Positions 25,087-33,739 of a stretch of DNA of 64,000 nt are shown piece after piece. The notes under the pieces are model-generated. The model saw nothing but the letters and a program-made list of their open reading frames with translations. It had not been told where the DNA came from and did no database searches. Where the stretch lies: positions 7,379 through 71,378 of the forward strand of contig CAYLLE010000004.1 in assembly GCA_964384485.1 (NCBI GenBank), in the 5' to 3' direction. This DNA comes from an uncultured Spirochaetales bacterium. GTDB lineage: Bacteria > Spirochaetota > Spirochaetia > CAYLLE01. Within the stretch, counting starts at the first letter, position 1; every line of letters begins with the position of its first letter. The position numbers and the translations under genes were made by a program.

Positions 25087-26319
25087 CATAATCAATACTG
25101 CATTATGGCCGCCGAATCCGAAAGAATCGGATAAAATGTGTTTTATATTTTTATCTTCCCTCGGTTCCTTGATCACATTAAGTTCAATCTTCGGGTCCTG
25201 GTTAAACTGATTTATTGTCGGATGTATGATTCCCTTCTCGAACGCCATAATCGAAGCGATGGCTTCCACACTGCTCGACGCGGCGATAAGGTGTCCGATC
25301 ATCGATTTTGTACTGTGTGCCGGACATTCGCGGATATAATCGCCGAAACTCATCTTGAGAGCCTTTGCTTCCATTTCATCACCCATAGGAGTGGAGGTGG
25401 CATGACAATTTATGAGGTCAATATCCTCCGGATTAAGCTTGGCCATATCCAAGGCCATTTTCACTGCCCGGGAGGAACCACGCGCTTCCGGATGGGGCGC
25501 AACTAAGTCATAGGCGTCGCTGGATACGCCGAAACCGGTGATCTCACAGTAGATTTTGGCACCCCTCCGTTTGGCATGTTCTAATTCTTCCAGACAAATA
25601 CAGCCGCCTCCTTCTCCCATAACAAACCCGTCCCGGTCTTTATCGAACGGCCGCGACGCTGTCTCCGGGGAATCATTCCTCGTAGACAGAGCCATTATAT
25701 TGCCGAACGCCGCAACACCTGGTCTGCACAGGGCTGCCTCAGCACCGCCCGCAATCATGGCATCGGCCATTCCGTTTTTGATAAGCATCCAGGCAAGAAA
25801 AATGGCATGGTTACTGGTGGCACAGGCTGAATTGACCGAAAATGTGGGAGCCTGCAGATTGTATTCCTGAGAAAGAAAGGCGGTGGATGTGTTCGGAATT
25901 GCGCTTACAATATAAAAGGGAGAAGCGCCGCTCATACCGGTGGTGTGTACTCTGGTGATATTATCAACATGAGCATTTACCCCGCCGGCACCGGTTCCGA
26001 TTATCGCACCATATCGTTCCGGGGCTTTATCAACATCCAATCCTGAATCTATGATCGCCTGGGCTCCCGCTACATGACCAAAAACGATATACCGGTCGAG
26101 ACGCCTCCGCATCTTCTTTGATTTGAAATACTCTGATACATCGGGTATATCAACCTCCGCCGCAATCTGAACCGAATAATCTGATAAATCGGTATTCTGA
26201 GCTATCCGAACCCCGTTTTTTCCTTTAAGGAGATTTCCCCAGAACTCTTCTACGGTATTTCCGATTGGATTTATTGTCCCAAGACCGGTTATTACAACCC
26301 GCACATCATTATTATTCAT
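25075..26319 (-). CDS. fabF: beta-ketoacyl-ACP synthase II
   Basis: These are canonical FabF motifs: NSACATSNHAI, NCHATSTPMGD, KSMIGHLIAAS, SFGFGGHNAVL. Confidence 0.92.
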   Translation of the reverse strand: MNNNDVRVVITGLGTINPIGNTVEEFWGNLLKGKNGVRIAQNTDLSDYSVQIAAEVDIPDVSEYFKSKKMRRRLDRYIVFGHVAGAQAIIDSGLDVDKAPERYGAIIGTGAGGVNAHVDNITRVHTTGMSGASPFYIVSAIPNTSTAFLSQEYNLQAPTFSVNSACATSNHAIFLAWMLIKNGMADAMIAGGAEAALCRPGVAAFGNIMALSTRNDSPETASRPFDKDRDGFVMGEGGGCICLEELEHAKRRGAKIYCEITGFGVSSDAYDLVAPHPEARGSSRAVKMALDMAKLNPEDIDLINCHATSTPMGDEMEAKALKMSFGDYIRECPAHSTKSMIGHLIAASSSVEAIASIMAFEKGIIHPTINQFNQDPKIELNVIKEPREDKNIKHILSDSFGFGGHNAVLIMSRF

Positions 26320-26644
26320 TAATTTTACCTTTCCTCTTTAAGTAGTGATAAATTTTTCCAGTATGTGGAATTGAAACGGTTATACTCGATCTTGTCAAGA
26401 CATTTCTGTTGAATAGAGGAATTCCCATTTTATACCTTTTGGCAACAGAAGGGAGCATAATTCTCAGGCAAAGCCGAAAATAGATTGAATAAAATGAGAA
26501 TTTCAGACTTTACATAAGTAGAAAGGGTGTATTCTAAATTGCAAATTTTGAATAGCCGTGTTTAACACCATTTCCCTTTTTATATTGAAACTTTTCCGAT
26601 CCTTCCGTAATATGTGGAAAATCTAAATATAAAGGAAGTAACAA

Positions 26645-27190
26645 ATGGCCTACTTTAAATCCTACGAAGAACCTCTAAATGCTGTGATGCAGCGGATGAT
26701 ATCTAAGACATCCAGGCCAAAGATATTGGAATACGGTCCCGGCGGTTCAACCAAACTGATGATGAATACTGCCCCTGAATCTGAAATATTCTGTATAGAA
26801 CATAACCGAAAGTGGTATGAGCATTATAAAACCGAATTTGAGGAATTCTCCCCCAATAAACCCGATCTCCATTATATTCCGCTCAAGGAGAATTATGTAA
26901 CTCTGTCGCGAGAAAAATTTGATCCCCGATCTCTTGATTTGATCTACGTGGACGGCCGGAAAAGAGTTGCCTGCCTCGACTTAGCAAAAACACTTATCAA
27001 ACAGGAAGACGGAATTATCGTTCTGCATGATGCCGAGCGTCCCCGTTACCGGAAGGGACACAAGGAATGGCCTTTGGATAAGAAAATATGGGCCGGTCCG
27101 AAAGGGAGCCGGACATTGATCCTGGTTACCGACCCCAAAGATTATGAAGCACTAATCCACCTGGAGACGGAGCCTCCAAACCGGCGGTGA
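26645..27190 (+). CDS. class I SAM-dependent methyltransferase-like protein
   Basis: ILEYGPGGST (motif I-like), IYVDGRKR and IIVLHDAERP resemble small O-methyltransferase-fold proteins. The call is weak. Confidence 0.4.
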   Translation: MAYFKSYEEPLNAVMQRMISKTSRPKILEYGPGGSTKLMMNTAPESEIFCIEHNRKWYEHYKTEFEEFSPNKPDLHYIPLKENYVTLSREKFDPRSLDLIYVDGRKRVACLDLAKTLIKQEDGIIVLHDAERPRYRKGHKEWPLDKKIWAGPKGSRTLILVTDPKDYEALIHLETEPPNRR

Positions 27191-27191
27191 C

Positions 27192-27284
27192 CAGTAATTC
27201 CCGGTCAACCCGATTGATGTAATTGTGTGCAATAAACAAATTATAAATTTAAACGCGGTTGTGATCACCGGAAATTGCCGTTTT
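27192..27284. repeat. REP-like inverted pair between convergent genes (site B)
   Basis: CAGTAATTCCCGGTCAAC (27192-27209) and GATCACCGGAAATTGCCG (27263-27280, inverted) flank a 53-nt AT-rich spacer. The left arm starts 2 nt after the methyltransferase stop. The right arm contains the stop and last codons of the gene at 27265..28281. Confidence 0.8.
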
Positions 27285-28281
27285 CGGCCAGAAACGCTTT
27301 AATTGTTGTTTTAAAACCGGTCCGGTAGTCCGTCCCGGGCCGAAAACTCAACAGCTCTTCTGCCTTGGAGATATCAAAATGGAAATCATGGGTCACGTGA
27401 TCAACCCGGTATTTGGTTAAGGGCGGTTCTCCTTTTATTCCGAAAAGCCGGTAGGAGTTCTCCATTACATACGCGGCAATGCCTGCGGGTAAGGGGGGAA
27501 GAGGGAAACGGATCGGATCGATACCCAGCAGAGAAGCACAGTAATACAGAATGTCTCTCCACGTTACCCATTCTCCTCCCGTAATATTGAATATTTCCCC
27601 GATACACCGGGGATTTTTCAGCGCGAGGATTACCGAATCGGCAAAATCATCCACATATACCGGACAGGTAAGCTTTTTCCCGCTGCCTATTACGGGCATG
27701 ATGCCCTGGAGCATGGCATCAAACATATTATAGAATGTGGTCCTGTCTCCCGGTCCGTACACATTTCCCGGACGCAGAACCGTGGTTTGGAGATCATCCG
27801 AACCGTTTTGCACCACCATGTTTTCCGCTTCAAGTTTCGTCCGCTGATACGCCGACACCAGGGGGTAGTAGGGGCCATTCTCGGTAGAATTTCTGTGATG
27901 CCCGAAACCGTGCACGGAAATTGAACTTATGTAAATAAATCTTCCAATGGATAAACTGCCGGCCCAGCGTAAAAGATGGTCCGTAAGTTCAGCATTCGCC
28001 CTCCTGAACTCCTGCTCACTTCCCCAATCGCCCACCTTTCCGGCGGCATGAATAACCGCACCGCATCCTTTAAGGGCTTTCTCGGTATCATCTCCCTGCT
28101 CCAAAGAGGTCCGCATCACTTCATGTCCCATGGCGGAAAGCTCGGATAATTCCCGGGGCGGATTTTCCCGCCGGAATAAGCATCGGACAGTATATCCCGA
28201 TTGAGCTAATTTCCAGGCAATTCTTCTTCCGATGAATCCGGATGCTCCGGTTACTGCTACCGTGTTTTCAGAGTTTTTCAT
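27265..28281 (-). CDS. NAD(P)-dependent epimerase/dehydratase-fold (3-beta-HSD-like) reductase
   Basis: VAVTGASGFIGRRI is the Rossmann motif and SAYQRTKLEAE the catalytic YxxxK. Confidence 0.8.
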   Translation of the reverse strand: MKNSENTVAVTGASGFIGRRIAWKLAQSGYTVRCLFRRENPPRELSELSAMGHEVMRTSLEQGDDTEKALKGCGAVIHAAGKVGDWGSEQEFRRANAELTDHLLRWAGSLSIGRFIYISSISVHGFGHHRNSTENGPYYPLVSAYQRTKLEAENMVVQNGSDDLQTTVLRPGNVYGPGDRTTFYNMFDAMLQGIMPVIGSGKKLTCPVYVDDFADSVILALKNPRCIGEIFNITGGEWVTWRDILYYCASLLGIDPIRFPLPPLPAGIAAYVMENSYRLFGIKGEPPLTKYRVDHVTHDFHFDISKAEELLSFRPGTDYRTGFKTTIKAFLAENGNFR

Positions 28282-28285
28282 ACTG

Positions 28286-29038
28286 TTATTGAATAATTAA
28301 TACTAGATCCAAGGCAAGTCCTGTCACAATGTGAAGAATAAGCCCAGGAATAATAGACCGGGTCCGGACGGTTAAATATCCGAGAAATATACCGAACGGA
28401 AGCGCCGCAAATGTTTCCGGAAAGGGATGCTGTATATGAATCAGGGCGGAAGGGATTGCCTGGAAAGAAGCAATAGCTATGGAGAATATGAAATGTTCTT
28501 CCTTTTTGAGTCCGTCAATTCTGTCAAGAATTTTAAGGAAAGGCAGAATCATTAATCCCCGGAACAGAAATTCCCAGGGAAGATAGTAGAGGAGTATGTA
28601 CAAAAGAAAATGGACAGGAAGGATCCACCAGTCCCCCCGGGAAAACATCGTGCCTATGGATTTTGAATACGGATAAAATTCACCCATAGGACCCGCATAC
28701 GCATTCAGAACAGCCGCTGCGGCGAAACCGCCGAGGAAAAGGAGAGCTAAGGGCCATGGTATCTTAATGCGGCTGCGGGAAAATCCCATATCTGTAAATT
28801 TATCGCCTAATATCCACATACTGAATGCAGGCACCGCTCCGAACAGCAGAAAGCTCAGGATAAAGCGGAAAATATATGAAGGCAGATCCCCCGGAAGATT
28901 TTTAAGTCCCGGAATGGAAATGGTAAATGAATACTGAAATCCCGGCGGCCGAAGATAGAGGTAAAGGATAATTACAAGCCCGGAAATTAAGAGGTAAATT
29001 AGAGGATTAAGGTGTCTAAATTTCCCGCGTTTTAGCAT
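28286..29038 (-). CDS. CPBP-family (CAAX-type) intramembrane protease-like membrane protein
   Basis: The protein is polytopic. WEFLFRG is motif 1-like, and SALIHIQH and LILHIVTG are His motifs. Confidence 0.65.
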   Translation of the reverse strand: MLKRGKFRHLNPLIYLLISGLVIILYLYLRPPGFQYSFTISIPGLKNLPGDLPSYIFRFILSFLLFGAVPAFSMWILGDKFTDMGFSRSRIKIPWPLALLFLGGFAAAAVLNAYAGPMGEFYPYSKSIGTMFSRGDWWILPVHFLLYILLYYLPWEFLFRGLMILPFLKILDRIDGLKKEEHFIFSIAIASFQAIPSALIHIQHPFPETFAALPFGIFLGYLTVRTRSIIPGLILHIVTGLALDLVLIIQ

Positions 29039-29053
29039 ATTCCGGTAATTTTC

Positions 29054-30220
29054 CTACCTCTCTAAGGTGTCGACGATGTATCCTGCAATCTCTTCTGCGC
29101 CGTTTTGTGCCGGAAGTTTATTTAAATTCGCGGTTTTTTCATCGATTTGCTGTGTATCCTTCATTAAACCTGTTAATAGTTCCAGAAGTTTTTTCGCAGT
29201 AGGTGCGTACCATCCGTACCCGTTATTTACGATAAAATTTTTGTTGTACTCTTCACTGGGCGCGCCTATTTGAGTGATGATGAAGGGCTTTCTACTCATC
29301 ACCGTCTCCATGGTATAATTTGCGCCGCACTTTCCGGCAATTACATCAGCCGCCTGCATGAGAATATGCATGTCGTTCCGGTAACCGAGAGGAATAACAT
29401 CTTCGGAATTGAATCGCCGCTCTATTTTTGTAAATAATTCGGTGTTCCTTCCTGTAACAACCAGTACTTGAAAACTCGGATTGATCCGCTTTACTTCTTT
29501 AAGAAGACCTTCCAGCAGTTCCTCCGTGGAGCCTAGTCCTTCTCCGCCCTCAGAGAGGAGGAGAGTGAATTTTTCTTGATTCAGATCAAGCTTTTCACGA
29601 GCCGCCGTTTTTGAAAACCGTTCTTCCACGAATTGGGGACGGACCAGAGGATTTACCCGCTTTATTTTTTCAGGCGGGAGTCCCATATTCAAAAACGCCT
29701 TTTTAGCGTCCTCAGCCATCACAAAGGTCATGTCGGCATCACAATCCTGGAGTAGATATGCTCCTCCAAGATCGTTCCGTGTTAAAAAGAGGGGGACATC
29801 GCTTTCCATCTCCTCTCTGGCAGCCTGAAAAATGCTGCCGCACCCCCAATGGGTGGTAATAATAAGATCAGGTTTATAGCCCAGGATATAGCCTATAGCT
29901 TTAGGAATAGCTTCCTGGATAATATCATTCAAGATGGACATAGTTAAAACAGGAAGACCATCACCCAAAAGTCCAAAAGCAAAGCGGGCAAAATTAGGCT
30001 TTGAAAGCAGTGTTTTCCAGGATTGCCGGTAGTACCGGTCAAGTTTTTTGTCCTTGAATTCGTCCGCGGGCTCTAGAAAACGGAGATCCCAGTCCGGTCT
30101 AGCGATTTTGAGATAATGACCAATGGCCTGAGCACTGACGATATGGCCGGATCCCGCTAAAAAATAGGGAAGAAGTATTTTTTTTCTGTCATTTCCAGTT
30201 CTGTCTTTCTGTTTTTCCAT
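29054..30220 (-). CDS. MGDG-synthase-like / GT28-family lipid glycosyltransferase
   Basis: N-terminal LAGSGHIVSAQAI is MGDG_synth-like. The C-terminal GT-B half reads VVTGRN..AADVIAGKCGANYTMETV. Confidence 0.7.
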   Translation of the reverse strand: MEKQKDRTGNDRKKILLPYFLAGSGHIVSAQAIGHYLKIARPDWDLRFLEPADEFKDKKLDRYYRQSWKTLLSKPNFARFAFGLLGDGLPVLTMSILNDIIQEAIPKAIGYILGYKPDLIITTHWGCGSIFQAAREEMESDVPLFLTRNDLGGAYLLQDCDADMTFVMAEDAKKAFLNMGLPPEKIKRVNPLVRPQFVEERFSKTAAREKLDLNQEKFTLLLSEGGEGLGSTEELLEGLLKEVKRINPSFQVLVVTGRNTELFTKIERRFNSEDVIPLGYRNDMHILMQAADVIAGKCGANYTMETVMSRKPFIITQIGAPSEEYNKNFIVNNGYGWYAPTAKKLLELLTGLMKDTQQIDEKTANLNKLPAQNGAEEIAGYIVDTLER

Positions 30221-30328
30221 AGCAAGTAATTTACCGATGCCTCAAAATAAAAATATGGAAGGATATTTTCGAATCAGATCAAATCTTACCGTTTTAAATG
30301 GGGACTGTCAATTCTGATCATGAACATC

Positions 30329-30445
30329 CAGCAATTCCCGGTCAAAGCAATACATGAATTGAATAACAATTATTCATTCCCATTCTGATTAAAAACAGAG
30401 GACAGGATTTATTACCGGCAGAAGAAAATGGACCGAGAATTGTGG
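30329..30445. repeat. REP-like unit with a degenerate inverted partner (site C)
   Basis: CAGCAATTCCCGGTCAAA (30329-30346) matches the consensus. GACCGAGAATTGTGG (30431-30445) is a weaker inverted match. The site lies between ilvN and the glycosyltransferase gene. Confidence 0.55.
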
Positions 30446-30469
30446 AATCTCAGCCGCTGACTGCTGCTG

Positions 30470-30979
30470 TCATGATGTTAATTCCGATCCCTTAGCCATC
30501 AGTACCTTACCTGTCCGAACCACTTCAATAAGACCGAACGGTTTTAAAACTGTAAGCACCGAATCAAGCTTCTCACTGCTTCCGGTTACTTCAAAGGTAA
30601 CCATGTTCTCTCCCACATCCACGGGATCACATTTAAACGCGGAAGCCACCTGGAGTATATCGGTCCGGTTTTCCGAGTTGCTTTCCACCTTAATAAGAGC
30701 TAACTCACGCTGAATAATATCATGACCAGTTTGGTCGGTGGCATGGATTACATCTACCAGTTTATTTAGCTGTTTCAGAATCTGCTCAAGGGTCTCTTCG
30801 TCCCCTGTGGCCACAATATTCATCCGGGAAAAGGAGGGATCATCGGTTTCAGAAACAACAAGACTGTCTATATTGAATGCCCGCCGGGCGAACACAAGAG
30901 ATATCCGGATAAGTACACCCGGTTTATTGCTTACCAATAAACTTATTGTGTGTTTCCGTAAAGCTGTTTCTGTTGTCAT
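30470..30979 (-). CDS. ilvN: acetolactate synthase small (regulatory) subunit
   Basis: The ACT domain reads [31 protein letters not shown]. The gene overlaps the ilvB stop by 4 nt. Confidence 0.88.
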   Translation of the reverse strand: MTTETALRKHTISLLVSNKPGVLIRISLVFARRAFNIDSLVVSETDDPSFSRMNIVATGDEETLEQILKQLNKLVDVIHATDQTGHDIIQRELALIKVESNSENRTDILQVASAFKCDPVDVGENMVTFEVTGSSEKLDSVLTVLKPFGLIEVVRTGKVLMAKGSELTS

Positions 30980-32688
30980 TTTTTCGTCCTTTCTTTGGCT
31001 AAGGTTCTAGGCGGCTCCAAGATCATGTTGGCCATCGAAGCGCCGGCCGGAATCATTGGATATACATTTTCCTCTTTTTCGACTTCCACATCAATCAAAC
31101 ATGGTCCTTCGTTATATTCTAAAGCATTCCGGATAATCCGCTTGACGTCGGCGCTCCGTTTAATTCGGAAGCCTTTACACCCGTAACTTTCAGCAAGTTT
31201 AACAAAGTTCGGATTTCCTTCCAGATCGACACCGGAGAGCCGGTTGTCATAAAACATGCTTTGCCACTGACGAACCATTCCGAGATAATGGTTGTTTATA
31301 ACCACTATTTTAAGCGGAAGTTTATGGATTACTGCGGTGGCAAGTTCATTTAATGTCATCTGGAATCCGCCGTCGCCAACTATCGCAATAACCAGTTTTT
31401 CCGGATTGGCGAACTGGGCGCCGATTGCAGCAGGCAGTCCAAAACCCATCGTTCCGGCTCCACCGGAAGAAAGCCAGTGAAAGCGGTGATCCACCAGGTA
31501 GTATTGGGCAGCCCACATTTGATGCTGTCCTACATCCGTCGCGACCACGGCTTTACCCTCACTCTGTTTGAATAATTCATCAATAACATGCTGGGGTTTC
31601 AATTTTCCGCCTTTTCGGTACCTTAAGGGGTATTCCCGTTTCCATCGGTTAATCTGCTTTACCCAGTCTTCGGTATCGGTAGATTTGATGTAGGTGAGCA
31701 GTTTCTCAACCACGAGTTTTGCATCTCCGATAACCGCCGTGTTCACTTTCACGGTCTTATTGATCTCCGAATCATCAATATCAATATGAATTTTAATCGC
31801 ATTTGGACAGAATTTCTTAATATCACCGACAATCCGGTCATCCCAGCGTGATCCGATGGACATTATCAGATCGCAGTTATTAATCGCCATATTGGCATAG
31901 GCTGTTCCGTGCATTCCCGGCATTCCCAGACTAAGCGGATGTGTTTCCGGGAAGCACCCTTTTCCAAGAAGGGTATTCGCTACCGGTATCTGGAACCGTT
32001 CGGCAAGGTAGGAAACCGGCTTTTCCGCCCCGGAAAGAACGGCACCGTGACCGACCAAGAGCACCGGCCTTTTGGCGTTCTCTAAAAGCTGCGCGGCTTT
32101 TTCTATAGCCCCCGGATCTCCCTCTTTCGGAATCCTGTAACCGGGAAGATGAAAGTCTTCGCGATAATCAGGCTCAATGAGAGCACTGGAGACATCTTTC
32201 GGAACATCGATTAAGACTGGTCCGGGCCGTCCTGTTTTCGCGAGATGGAATGCTTCTTTAACGATGCGGGGAGTTTCTTCCGGATTTTTTATAAGATAGG
32301 AGTGCTTGACCAGAGGGAAGGATATCCCTGAAACATCGGCTTCCTGGAATGTATCGAGCCCCAAATTCGCTGTAGCCTGCTGTCCGCAGAATATTACCAT
32401 GGGGATTGAATCCATGTGAGCCGTAAGGATACCCGTTATTGTATTGGTTGCTCCGGGTCCGGAAGTTACCATAACAACGGCGGTTTTTCCCGACGAACGG
32501 GCATATCCGTCGGCCATGTGAGTCGCCCCCTGTTCATGCCTGGTAAGCACCAGTTTTACGGACGAGTCCACCAAAGCATCGTAAATAGGAATGGCACTGC
32601 CTCCGGGAATCCCGAAAATAAAATCAATACCCTCCTGATTGATAATATCCACAATAACTTGTGCACCCGTTCTCAATTTTGCTGACAT
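30976..32688 (-). CDS. ilvB: acetolactate synthase large subunit (ThDP-dependent)
   Basis: [28 protein letters not shown] and the ThDP motif GDGGFQM..NN are present. ATG 32688 lies 6 nt after AGGGGG; the track start is GTG 32691. Confidence 0.92.
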   Translation of the reverse strand: MSAKLRTGAQVIVDIINQEGIDFIFGIPGGSAIPIYDALVDSSVKLVLTRHEQGATHMADGYARSSGKTAVVMVTSGPGATNTITGILTAHMDSIPMVIFCGQQATANLGLDTFQEADVSGISFPLVKHSYLIKNPEETPRIVKEAFHLAKTGRPGPVLIDVPKDVSSALIEPDYREDFHLPGYRIPKEGDPGAIEKAAQLLENAKRPVLLVGHGAVLSGAEKPVSYLAERFQIPVANTLLGKGCFPETHPLSLGMPGMHGTAYANMAINNCDLIMSIGSRWDDRIVGDIKKFCPNAIKIHIDIDDSEINKTVKVNTAVIGDAKLVVEKLLTYIKSTDTEDWVKQINRWKREYPLRYRKGGKLKPQHVIDELFKQSEGKAVVATDVGQHQMWAAQYYLVDHRFHWLSSGGAGTMGFGLPAAIGAQFANPEKLVIAIVGDGGFQMTLNELATAVIHKLPLKIVVINNHYLGMVRQWQSMFYDNRLSGVDLEGNPNFVKLAESYGCKGFRIKRSADVKRIIRNALEYNEGPCLIDVEVEKEENVYPMIPAGASMANMILEPPRTLAKERTKK

Positions 32689-32723
32689 CACATGCCCCCT
32701 AATAAAGTTAAAAATACAGATTA

Positions 32724-32752
32724 TGTATAGCTTCTATGGAGACATTTGTCAA
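32724..32752 (-). promoter_or_regulatory. candidate sigma70 promoter of ilvBN
   Basis: On the minus strand, TTGACA (32752-32747), a 17-nt spacer and TATACA (32729-32724) sit about 35 nt upstream of the ilvB start. Confidence 0.4.
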
Positions 32753-32792
32753 TATAATGCATCGAAATTTTACGGGTTTCTATTTTTATTTT

Positions 32793-32831
32793 AAAAAAGC
32801 AGCAATTATTCGTAAAAATATTGCTGCTTTT
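32793..32831 (-). terminator. rho-independent terminator after the FKBP gene
   Basis: AAAAGCAGCAAT (32795-32806) pairs with ATTGCTGCTTTT (32820-32831). On the minus strand the stem is followed by a T-run. It lies 19 nt after the stop at 32850. Confidence 0.6.
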
Positions 32832-32849
32832 CCAGATAATCAGGATTTT

Positions 32850-33470
32850 TTAATCATTATTTGTGTTATTTTCAGGAGCTTCCTGTACATCGATGATTTC
32901 TACAGCAAAATTCAAATCTTGCCCTGCCAAAGGATGGTTGGTATCTATCTCGAGGGTCACATTTTCTTCACCGATCGCTATTATTTCTACAGGCAAAGGT
33001 CCCATCTGAGATTCCGTGACCAACTGCAAGCCGACTTCCGGTTCGATCTCTTTCGGAAGCTTGCTTTTTGGTATTTCCTGCTGTATAACAGCTTCTTCAG
33101 AGTACTCCCCGTATGCTTTATCGACCGGCACAAAGATTTCTTTGCTTTCACCTGCCTTCATTCCCAGTAAACCCTCTTCAAAACCAGGAATTAATGCATC
33201 CCCGCCATAGGTAATCGTTAAAGGCTCCCGGCCTTCCCAATCGGTAGAATCGAAAACTGTGCCGTCTTCCGTTGTGCCCGTATATTCTAGTGTTATGATT
33301 CTGCCCGTCTCTATGGACAAATCGCTGGTGCTCTGCAGATCAGGTTCAGAGCCGACGGCTGTTTCACCCTCTATCTCTGCTGTACCAGTTTCGTTAGCTT
33401 CATTTTGATTACAAGCCCCTATGGTTAAAATAATTGCTGAAATGAATAAAACATATAATAAACGTTTCAT
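32850..33470 (-). CDS. FKBP-type peptidyl-prolyl isomerase lipoprotein (SlyD-like with insert-in-flap)
   Basis: The lipobox is LTIGAC after MKRLLYVLFISAIIL (start ATG 33470; the track ORF runs to 33614). The FKBP core reads ITLEYTGTTEDGTVFDST..IPGFEEGLLGMKAGE. Confidence 0.8.
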   Translation of the reverse strand: MKRLLYVLFISAIILTIGACNQNEANETGTAEIEGETAVGSEPDLQSTSDLSIETGRIITLEYTGTTEDGTVFDSTDWEGREPLTITYGGDALIPGFEEGLLGMKAGESKEIFVPVDKAYGEYSEEAVIQQEIPKSKLPKEIEPEVGLQLVTESQMGPLPVEIIAIGEENVTLEIDTNHPLAGQDLNFAVEIIDVQEAPENNTNND

Positions 33471-33739
33471 TAGATCCTCTCTTGTATTGATTTTTCTGTT
33501 TTCCGGCGTATACCGCGGGGTATAAGCGGAAATGGTTGGTATTTGATTTAATCCTACACGAAAAAAAGATTTTGCACTACCCGGAAAAACACTTAAAGGC
33601 AACAAAATTCGCACATCACGATTAATGCCGAAGGGCCCGGTAATTTACATAAATTGACATAAAAAGCCATACAGAATAGGTTACCTTCATGATTTCATCA
33701 TCCGGAGCGATAGATACCAGGCTGACTCTGGGAGCTGTT

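Noticed and set aside
26363-26370. The 8-mer ATGTGGAA recurs at 26363, 26612 and 38304 near gene starts.
   Set aside because: An 8-mer is expected about 2 times by chance in 2 x 64 kb. A fourth copy lies inside a coding region (about 4390), so the count is not significant.
26439-26457. A sigma54-like TGGCAA...GGGAGCA element sits upstream of the methyltransferase gene.
   Set aside because: The GG-N10-GC spacing does not fit: the GC falls one position off and the -12 TTGC(A/T) element is absent. No enhancer-binding protein gene is nearby.
32736-33170. A 144-aa plus-strand ORF crosses the ilvB/FKBP intergenic region.
   Set aside because: It overlaps the terminator hairpin and the FKBP coding region on the opposite strand, and its translation is Phe/Tyr/Ile-rich from AT-rich sequence. 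It is spurious.
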